Source of the DNA: Lingula anatina
Taxonomy: Eukaryota > Animalia > Brachiopoda
NCBI GenBank assembly: GCA_051362555.1
Contig: CM120641.1
Location: 17,174,001-17,238,000, forward strand
Direction: 5' to 3'
DNA length: 64,000 nt
Shown: positions 54,501-64,000 of the stretch, in pieces
How positions within the stretch are numbered: the stretch's first letter is position 1
Layout of the letters: every line of letters begins with the position of its first letter
Program-made: the position numbers and the translations under genes
The notes under the pieces: model-generated
The model's database searches: none
Told to the model about the DNA's origin: nothing
The model's input: only the letters and a program-made list of their open reading frames with translations

Positions 54501-54714
54501 TGAACAATGTTGTAAAATACCTTTAAAACTGAAATATTCAATGTCAAGTCTGCATATACATGTATGTGTATGTTTGGGTCAAAGTTACTGCAGCAACTGC
54601 AACAACAACAACAACAATAATAATAAATGCCACTTTCTATTCTGGTTTCCTAAAATTTATATTTTTAGACATTTTTTTAAATCTTCAAGCAATGGTTTGC
54701 AATTTATGAAAAAG

Positions 54715-54753
<39 letters not shown>

Positions 54754-55782
54754 ACAATAAACTAAACTTGGCACTGATAATTTAAAAGAAGTTTTTCATT
54801 TTGCCAACACTATGGCCATATTTATATTTTTCTATTTACATTAATTCTTCAGTCGTGCATATAAGCATGCCATGATTCCATACACTATACAATCAAAAAC
54901 CCTGTGCATTACAGGCATTCAATAAAAACTGTGGCAAGACTGACCTAAGCTGCAGTTTGAAAATTACATAATACATACGGAAGTTAAGTGCCCACTAACT
55001 TAAGTGGTACTGTACTCATTACAATGCAATTAAAGAGTAACCGGAACAGGAAGAGATCACCACATACGGAATAGTGACCACTAGAAGTTGACATGATTTA
55101 TATGTTTATGTGGCCAATTTGCAGTCTAGAGAATATATAACATTGATATATGATACTCAGATATTAAGTGTTTAGTAGTGTATAGGCGGAACCAAAGGGA
55201 TAAGCCCTACTCTGTTTTCCAACACAAATTGCATACTTTTAAATATATTTAAATACATTTTCAAATTATGCTAAACGCAAGTTTTATCTCCAGACTGAAA
55301 TGAGTGTTGCTGTTGTCATTGTCATTGACATTTGAATTTGCGGGTGTACATGTACTAGTACTCACCTCTTTTACACAACTTTCCTATTCAAGTTAAGACA
55401 TTTGTGTCTCCTTATTAACCCTAGCGAAAGTATAAGTAAAGGGCATACACAAATATGGTGTTCGTAATTTGGCCGGTAGCGGCCGCTTTTATTGAAAGAT
55501 CCCTTTAGTAAAAGGTTAGTGTTCATCATTATATAGCATTAGATAATGTTGAATTAATCAAAATTACGTAATTTTTTTGCATAAAAATAAGTACTCAAAC
55601 AAAGAGTGCACATATTTTCATTGTTCTTACATGACATACATCTAATATTATTTGAAATACAACATAATTAATTGCTTTGTGTAATTGTATAAAAAGGTCT
55701 ATCCAAAAAATTAGAATTGTATCTTTTCAGCAGGATAAAATGCATCATTCAATTTGAAAAGCAGGTCGGAAAACTGAATGTT

Positions 55783-55784
<2 letters not shown>

Positions 55785-55833
<49 letters not shown>
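55785..55833. repeat. (AT)n microsatellite
   Basis: Seen directly in the sequence. Confidence 0.9.
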
Positions 55834-55841
<8 letters not shown>

Positions 55842-55929
55842 ATGTAAATAGCATGTACATGGGCATAGAGAAAACACTTCCATGTAAGCTATATTATACA
55901 ACAAAACCAGATGTAAAACCAATAAAAGA

Positions 55930-56600
55930 TTGTTGTGGAATATTCTTCCCATGATATGCACGTCAAAATTGCCTCTAAACAAAAGTATGTGATTTTGTTG
56001 CAAAATACAGTTCCACAATCTGAGTCCCCTCTACCACCAAAATTCCCGTAGTGGACCATCCTGGTATCAGATAAAATTTACAGGTCTGTTCTGTAACTCA
56101 CCGGAAAAAGAAAAGTGAAAAATTACTTCTCTTTAAAATATGAGTCTGTTTTTGTTCCTCGTATTGTGCCCCACCCTGTAGATTGAGAAGTTGAGTAAAG
56201 TACCAAGTTCTGTACAAAAGACGTAGCCATGTTTTGGAAGCCACTTTTCATGAAGTCCCACACTGTATATATGCCAGTTTCGTCCCATTCAAACCAACAA
56301 CAAATTGAGCCATTAGACGATATCCTGATATTGAAAACATTTCTAGTTTTATATCGACCACAGTAAGATTAATTTCCTTGTTACTAAAAGTGTGGTGATC
56401 ACCAAACATCCACACTCGGCTATTAATTAAAAAGCAATTAAACTGCTGGCAGTAAACCACTCCAAGATCGATGAACACAAGTCTCCCCATTGTTCACATG
56501 ATCGATCGCAAGAGCATGCCATTTTCTGAAACTTTTTTCCCTTAATTTGCCGTAAAATGTACGACATTGTTTCAATAGAGACCGCATTGGCGCTTCACTG
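55930..56600 (-). pseudogene. Possible decayed somatomedin-B-domain (adhesion-GPCR-like) coding fragment, antisense in intron 2
   Basis: MACSCDRSCEQWGDLC from 56522 resembles SMB CxCDxxCxxxGDCC. Downstream DSDCGTVFCNKITYFC...CISW. Frames are broken. Confidence 0.3.
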
Positions 56601-57775
56601 TGTTTTTCTGTTCACCTGACAACGGGTGAAGCTGAATAACGTCTTCACGAAGTTGATTTGATCGGTCATTCATCGCCATACAGTAACGAATAAACCAGTA
56701 CAGTGCAGTCTTTTTCTATTTGCTGTGCTTAACTTAAATCTTGTCGTTGTTCCTAGCTGAGATTATACATAATACACGTTTTTTATAAGGCATGTGCCGC
56801 CCTTGTCGCTTATGTCCGTTGTTCTAGATTACTACATGTAGATATATGTTGATGTCTAGGGTATACTGACAAGCATTTTAGGCCTACTATGAGTAACTAT
56901 TAGTAACGCCTGTAGGATTTTGTAATGAAAGGTGTCTTGTTGTCTTGTGATACAATGTAGTGCATCGGCATATCAGTTTCCTTCTGAGAGGTTAATTTAG
57001 ATAATTGACATATATATTATTTATAGGATAATAACATTGCATAATATATGAAACAGAAGCGCTAATGGCCATTATGTGTTTTTTGCAACGGAGTGAGTTC
57101 ATGGAAAATATATGGATCTTGTCGTTTGTCGCTGAGAATTCTACTTGAATTCTAAGTACACACAATGGACAATAGAAGTGTCACCCCCTGAATCAGAGTA
57201 ATCAAATAATAATCAATTAATCAATAATCAAAGTAAGTAGATCTTGAGTAGTAATAATGCCTGGTCTACATTTTTTTTTTTTGGTGAAATTTGATGTTAA
57301 TAAAATGATACCAGGAGCATATCATTCCACAGTCATTTATCTCCCCCAAAGTATTGGTTCAGTAGGGGTGACACTTCTATTGACCATTGTGTGTGGACAG
57401 ACTTTAGCATACGAGTGGGAGACTCAGCTTCGTCAATTGGCCTGGATTGCAAGGCCAGTAATAAATTTGAATTATCTATTTATGATCTTTGCTTTGTCGT
57501 GCATAAATCTAGATTTAAAAAAAAAATATTACGACTGGGACAGTGTTACGAACTACTCATTTAGTCGTTACATAAACAATCTATGAATGCCGCATCATCT
57601 GTATTTTTTTTAAATTTTAGTCTGTATTGAAAAATCTTTTCTACGAAACTTGTTGAAAGTTTGACACTTTGGAGATTCATTCTGGAAAAAAGCTCCCTCT
57701 GTATATTGTAACCTAATATTATTTTTATTTCGTTTCTCTCATTTTTTTTCTTACTTTGTTTTTTTATAATTCCAG

Positions 57776-58269
57776 ATAGCTATTTGGGATGCTACAAAAA
57801 ATCAAAGCCGTTTCCTTCTGCGGGGAATTATAACACCTCTACCATCAATCCCACAATATGCAAGACGCAGTGTGGTACCTTAGGCTACAAAAATGCTGTC
57901 TTATTCGCTGGAAAGTACTGTCTGTGTTCAGACACACTCCCGCCGGTGTTAGTAACAGACGACAACTGCACTGACGTCTGCCCTGGCGCTATTTCCGGTG
58001 AGACGTGCGGTGGCCCATCACATTACAGTATCTATCGCGCCACAACGGAGATCCGTGGTTTGGCGGTGACGACAGGGGAATTTCTTGTGGGTGCCCCTGG
58101 GATAGTACGGGCAACGGTGACAGAAGGCAACGTTTCCTACCGTGTGGACTTTGGTGACGGTGCAGGGCTTTCGGAGTGGAGTGCCACAGGTGTTTTCAGC
58201 AAGACCTTTGCACAAGCGGGAAGCTATGTTGTTAGAATGTTTGCGAGCGATAGAAGTGGAACACCTGAG
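57776..58269 (+). CDS. Polycystin-1-like protein, exon 3 (WSC domain + PKD repeat 1)
   Basis: Acceptor ttccag. YLGCY...C...C...G.YCLC...C...CPG...CGG is a WSC domain, followed by VDFGDG...FAQAGSYVVRM. Donor GAG|GTAACC. Confidence 0.9.
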
Positions 58270-58597
58270 GTAACCAGATTTTTGTTGTCTAAATTTATAT
58301 AAAATACGAAAGTTTGTTCAATATTTTAGCAGACTTTTCCTTATAAGATAATATTATGCGCGAAGAAATATCATCATTATATTCCAAATAATTTATTTTT
58401 TTTAAGTCACTCCAGTTATATCAGTCTATTTTGATGGTATTGTTTTTAAAGTTCCAGCGTGACAATATTCCTATGCACGTTACAATAGCTGTATGTGTCT
58501 GTCATCAACTATTAACAGCTAAAATATCCCAGTAGTTTTGAATACCACGGGTGTAGGTAGTTTAAGTCAAGCACGTCTGGTTTATTTTGTAATATAG

Positions 58598-58784
58598 GAG
58601 AAGACCGCTGCCGTTGCTGTATCTGTATCGGTACAAGAGCCTGCTGCTGGGGTTCAACTGTCCTGTCCACCAGTCTCAGTGTCCTGGGACGTGGCTTGTT
58701 GTAACGCCTCCATAGCAGCGGGGAGTCAGATGAAAGTAACTGCTGACTATGGTGATGGATCAAACGAGTCCTTCTCCGTTGCCG
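58598..58784 (+). CDS. Polycystin-1-like protein, exon 4
   Basis: atag|EKTAAVAVSVSVQEP...ADYGDGSNESFSVA G|gtatt. Phases 0 and 1 fit the neighbouring exons. Confidence 0.85.
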
Positions 58785-59040
58785 GTATTTGTTTTTTTTT
58801 ATTTTCTTATTCATTATTTATAATTTTGTCAGTTGTACAAATGTTTCCTCAGTTAAAAAGAAATCCAATCTTGATAAATGCACGCTTTTCGCTTTTGTAA
58901 ATTAACTTTATAATAAGACACATTACGAAATTAATGCAAATAATATTAAAATAATAGAAATTAATGATGGATAATGTATGTGGCAGCCAATTCTTTTGGA
59001 GTTCAAACACAACAAAGTGACATGTTCTTTTGTGATTAAG

Positions 59041-59204
59041 AACCTAGGCGCAGAAGCGTTGGTCCTGCAGTACCTGTGGATGGTTCCACCCTGACCAATT
59101 CTTCATCTGGCGTTCACATTATGCCTCAATCAGAAATATTGGAACCCGGTACCATAGTCAACTTTGAGTATTACGCTGGCAGTCCTGGGGATGTGGACTT
59201 CTTG
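59041..59204 (+). CDS. Polycystin-1-like protein, exon 5
   Basis: Phase-1 acceptor ttaag|; ctgcag| at 59070 is an in-frame alternative. Encodes ...EILEPGTIVNFEYYAGSPGDVDFL|gtttgt. Confidence 0.8.
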
Positions 59205-59651
59205 GTTTGTACCTTTGTTTTACGATTCACATATGTTAATTTTGTCAAGGAAATGGTGGTCCACATAAAACAAAATAAAGGAGAGAGAGGGAGACTTTAA
59301 ATGATTTTATATTACAGAGATACATGGACATACTACTATCCAAACGCATCCTGTCCAATACTACTTAAAATGTGAAAATAAAACGTACAGTATGTTTTGT
59401 TAAACATTTTAATTTAGAAAACACTAAATTCTCTGCAAAAGATGCGGTTGTCATCTACAGTCTACAGACAGGAAATTTAAATTTGTGAATATACCACTAT
59501 TCTTTTTCTATCATTACCAACAATTTATGGATAGACAAAAATTTATTTGTTCCGTTTAATAACGGTATTATTGTATCGATTCTTGAGTCACTTTAAGTAG
59601 TTTTACAATATTTTGCTGAAAAAATATTTTAGACTTGGTTTCACCTCTAAG

Positions 59652-59902
59652 GTGCTGAGACCTTCCTGTCCTGGTGGCCAACAATACTGTTGCTCAGCCA
59701 ACATCTGCAATGCAACGTGTGACACCACGCCCTTTCAACACAGTTGTCCAGCGTTGTTCTCCGCGGTCCGCGCCTGCTGTATCTCCACCCCTGGGGGAAG
59801 TTGCACTGAACCTGGCCGCTCTTCACTTCCCATAGCGGCCGCTTACAAAGTTGTGTACGTCATGTCGCATACGATCAGCTCTGGTGGGTACGGATTTGCA
59901 AG
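59652..59902 (+). CDS. Polycystin-1-like protein, exon 6 (Cys-rich)
   Basis: ctaag|VLRPSCPGGQQYCC...YGFA AG|gtaag. Phase 0 in, phase 2 out. Confidence 0.85.
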
Positions 59903-60224
59903 GTAAGAAGAAAGGGTTTGGTTTCTTTGGGGAGAGGGGGAGGGATTTGAATATTGGAAAAAATAAGCTGATGTCTTGAAAAACAATGTTATTTTTGAAC
60001 ACGCAACGATCCTGATTTCAATGTCTGTTGAATAACCGATACATCATCACACCTTTTAAGCAACATGCGTCGCTCTGTTTTTCAAGAAGGTATATTTTCT
60101 GTACACACCTTTCCAACATACCGGTAGTGCGGGTTTAGCTATTTATAATAAAGGAGACAAGACAGACTGATGTCAACACAAACCGGTCTTTTTCGATGTT
60201 GTACACCAATTTTTTTCTTTCTAG

Positions 60225-60640
60225 TGCCACTGGGTCATTTGAGGCGGCGTGTGGTGATGTCATAGGGTATGTGAACCGTGGAGGCAGCCTGGTGACTCGG
60301 CCACTCTTCCCAGGAGAAAAATCTGACCTGAAACGCACTAACGCAACGGCTAATCTTAACGAGGTAATAGACACGTCCAGTGACGTTCACCCACCAGATG
60401 ACCACCGTCATTATCTCCGTGCCGCGACCAGTCGGCCCTCTCTTGTCCGGCTTTGCCACTCCTACCGTGCCACTGGGAACTTCACCACAAACCTGACGGT
60501 CACCAATAAAATGATCCCAAATGCAGTGCACCTGACGGCAACTACAGAGGTCTTGGATGGAATTAACGAAACCGTCATCATCGGCCCGGAATACGTCCAA
60601 ACTGGGGTACCTATCACTTTCGAACTTACACCCCATACAG
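60225..60640 (+). CDS. Polycystin-1-like protein, exon 7
   Basis: tttctag| in phase 2. Encodes GDVIGY...HSYRATGNFTTNLTVTN...PHT G|gtgcgt. Confidence 0.88.
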
Positions 60641-60861
60641 GTGCGTGTTTTGACTTTTTAACCCATTAATCAAAAAGTTATATACACTGTGTAACACGAA
60701 TAGAATTATTGCGTAGACAGAGTATTAAAACAAAACGATCACAAATATAACTCCAATTTTATTTAATTCATGATTTATCCTCATGAATAGAGGTTCAAAA
60801 AATCATGTCGATGAGCACGAGCTTATCAAAACCCTACTCATTTTACTTTTCCTCCACAAAG

Positions 60862-62289
60862 GTCAACCGCTCACCTACCAATGGACGATCTCTAATGGCA
60901 ACACCGTAACAGTTTCCGAGCCGACATTTGTGCATACGTTCAGTCTGTCCGGGACGTACAATGTCACCGTGCGGGCATTCAATGCTCTGGCAGACAAGAC
61001 CAACTTTACGGTGGTCACAGTACTTGATCCGGTCACAAGTGTTCACGTCTCCACAGATTCTCACGGCGAGATGTTTAAAGCCCACGGCATCACCTTCAAC
61101 ACAACCGGAGGCACTGATTATAAATGCACGATTGACTTTGGGGACAGTACTACGCCGGAGACTATTTTGGGGTCTGCTGCTTTGTTGACGGGGGCTAGCA
61201 TCTCGCATATGTACAATACGTCGGGTATTTTTGTCGTCAACGTTACTTGTTTTAATTTGGCCAGTAGCGTCAGCGCCACAGCGACCGTCCTACTGGGAGA
61301 GGTGGTAACGGGACTGCGTCTGCTGAAAGAGGGAGGGGGAGTTAACCAGCTTCACTATATCGAGTTTGAAGTCGCCACTGGAACTGACCTAGAGTTTGAA
61401 CTTTTCATCAATGGTACTCAGTATTCGGTTGAATACAATGCTCTTTCTAAACAGGGCCGCTGGGCTAGTCCCATCCAAAGTCCCTCGGTCACGGTGACAA
61501 ATGTGACGTTGAGAGCATTTAATGATTTTAGCCAGGACGTGATTAGTGTGGATTTCACCATAGACGAAGCGATAATGTATCCAACTCTTGTCAGCAGCAA
61601 TCTGTACGCTCTGGTTGAGGATGAAGTGTTCTTCACATTGAGGATAGAGGGCGGCACCAGTGTCAAACTAGAATTTGACTTCAATGATGGCACAACGTTC
61701 TTGTTCACTACACCACCAAGATCTTCTTGGATAGAGGCTGTCCCGACGCAAGAGATAACCCGTAACCATTCTTTCTCTCGTGGAGGCACGTATTCCGTAA
61801 CAGTGACGGTCTACAATGGAGTGGGCAACCACACACTTACAAAAGAAATCCACGTCCTCACCCCCATTGCTAACGTAAGCTTGTCCACCAACAGCCCTGT
61901 ATCTTTCCTCCTAACGGGCCAGTGTGACATTTTCGTGTCACAGACAGGTGGCGATCCAATTGCGGGTGCTCAGATTGAAATTAAATATGGAGACGGTACA
62001 GATCCTGTGCTCCAGAACTTTGTGGTAGATCAAGTATACCGACATCAATACCAAGCCAAGGGTGCCTACGATTTGCGCGTGAACGTTAGTAATCTGATGA
62101 GTTCCATGGTGCTGAATGCAGCCATTGAGGTGTTTGAACCGGTTCAGGATATGCGCCTGTCCTCTGAGCCCGCCCACGCCACCGTTAACCAGCCAATCAC
62201 ACTGAAGATCAAAATGTACAGAGGCGAACGCGTCAGGTTCTATGTTCACTTTGGGGATGACGCTACTGTACATGAATTTGACAGACAAG
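60862..62289 (+). CDS. Polycystin-1-like protein, exon 8 (tandem PKD repeats)
   Basis: 1428-nt open exon with repeated (I/F)DFGD/G...HxY/FxxxGxYxVxVxxxN units. Acceptor caaag|, donor G|gtaacg. Confidence 0.92.
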
Positions 62290-62562
62290 GTAACGCTGAT
62301 CTTCATGATTTTTTCTGCAAATATCATGTTCAATGTTTATACATTTTCCTTTAGTAAGTGGCTAGATTTTCAAAAAAAAAAAGCTGTCTCTTCTGCACAA
62401 TGTGTTTAAAAGATTCTGCACAATGAAAATCCAGTTATTAAAATGAAAAGATTGTTGTCACCTAATCTTGCCATTACTGAACCGCCGTGAACAACACCGA
62501 TACTATTATATACAGATATGAACCATTTTATTTTTCTGTGCTTAATTTTTTTTATGTTGTAG

Positions 62563-62748
62563 GTGTAAGGTCTGAGGATGAAGACCTTCTCGACCACACG
62601 TATACATATGTGGGGAACTACACCATAACCGTAACAGCCACTAGTCCCCTTGGTAACACTACAAAGACCTACTACATTGCTGTACAACACCCCGTCATTG
62701 AGAGCGACTTTAGTGTTTCCTCATCTGCTCCTACTTTGGGAAGCTCTG
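62563..62748 (+). CDS. Polycystin-1-like protein, exon 9
   Basis: ttgtag|...HTYTYVGNYTITVTATSPLG...G|gtgagg. Phase 1 at both ends. Confidence 0.88.
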
Positions 62749-63105
62749 GTGAGGCATTTCCATGATTAGATCTTATTAATTTGATTTTAGGTTTGTGGTC
62801 AGGATAAATTTGGAGCTGCGTGTAGAAGTTAACGTATGCGCTTTCGTTATGTAGGCCCCTAAATTTCTGTTGTCCTATTCAGGAGATCTGAAGAATCAAT
62901 CTTCATTCTTACTTGTTTAGCTTTCCGATGTCTCTTGCCAAGCCGTACAGCCGTTTTACCTCTTATTATTTGTCTCACACTTTCTTTTTATCAAAACCAC
63001 ATAAAACATACATTCCTTGTAAATTGACATGCGGTTTGCAATGTCATTTCCGAAAAAACGCAGTATGTTTTTGCAGATACATATATGGACAATTTATGTT
63101 TCAAG

Positions 63106-63320
63106 GTTATGTTGACATCACGGTGGTGTTCGCGGGCAGTACTGTGCCCACAGAGGCCGCTATTACCGTCCTGTGGGGGAGAGGAGGGCAGGCGTACACC
63201 CCTTTGGACTGCAGTACCTCTCCCTGCACACGAATTCTCCCCAGGCCCGTGAACTCGGGGGTTTACTCTTGCACAGTTATCATCTCCAACTTAGCTACCA
63301 GTGTGCAGTTCTCCGTGGAT
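63106..63320 (+). CDS. Polycystin-1-like protein, exon 10
   Basis: tttcaag|GYVDITVVF...VLWGRG...SGVYSCTVIISN...VD|gtaagt. Confidence 0.85.
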
Positions 63321-63598
63321 GTAAGTTAAGATTAAGAAATATATGTACCAAAATACAGTATATAGGCTTTGATATGTTATTTAGCAACAAATCAGACATG
63401 AACAAGTCAGACATGGGACAATTTCCAATAAGTGGGCACGAAAGGAATTTTTAAAAAAATTTCAACTATGTATATATATATTTTTTTCACTTTTTTAACT
63501 GTGTGTTTTATTAAATTTCCCTAAAAATATAAAAACATGAAACTACAGTATAACTGCATTAATAAGATAATTATCAACCTAAGTTATTGTATTTCCAG

Positions 63599-63743
63599 AC
63601 AAGTCTTTATGAAGAAATAACCTGGATATCTGCCAAAGCGATGTATCAGCCATTTATACCGATAGGTGGCCCAGACATCGAGGGGTTTGGCGGAGACACG
63701 TTTCCGCTGACAAGGGACGTTAAGTTCTACATCAATAACACCG
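63599..63743 (+). CDS. Polycystin-1-like protein, exon 11 (gene continues beyond the window)
   Basis: tttccag|TSLYEEITWISAKAMYQPF...DVKFYINNT G|gtacat. The cumulative 3553 coding nt stay in frame. Confidence 0.78.
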
Positions 63744-64000
63744 GTACATAATGTAATGACATAATAATACATAGTATTTGTGAACGTTTTAGTCTGTTGA
63801 AATTAAGCAGAGCAAACAAAAGTGGCGCCACTAGAGACTTCACGATCGGGGCTAAATATGCCTGTAGCTATGATGTGTGTGTTTCACTACACTTGTTGCA
63901 AAAGATTAAAAAGTTCGATGTAAGACAGTGATGTCAAGTTTGGCGAGTTTTTTTTTTACCATTTTTGGCTCTTTTGCAACGCTCTTACCAAATCCAATGA

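Overview
AT-rich, intron-containing animal genomic DNA, most likely a mollusc or other lophotrochozoan (judged from the CCK/sulfakinin peptide type and repeat content). There is no prokaryotic content, and I found no CRISPR array, rRNA or tRNA. Six protein-coding genes are supported. They are: a cholecystokinin/sulfakinin-type neuropeptide precursor (+, 2317-2889); a CD225/dispanin membrane protein (+, 9194-9658); a core-2/I-branching beta-1,6-GlcNAc-transferase (-, two coding exons, 11636-13492); two intronless tandem RASD (Dexras1/Rhes)-like GTPases (-, 19931-20767 and 33066-33905); and the 5' part of a large polycystin-1-like gene (+, 11 phase-consistent coding exons from 52706 to 63743, continuing beyond the window). 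The polycystin-like protein has a signal peptide completed by a 19-nt micro-exon, a WSC domain and at least 9 PKD repeats. Non-coding DNA carries several ~290-bp hairpin MITEs (one with a nested insertion), Tc1, hAT and LINE remnants, possible decayed C-type-lectin and somatomedin-B pseudogenes, and a strong excess of TACATGTA. I see no clearly new biological system. The best leads are a possible extra amidated peptide in the CCK precursor, a non-canonical G4 motif in one RASD paralog, a ~200-aa domain inserted into a PKD repeat, and frequent AAG splice acceptors. All calls were made by eye, without database searches.
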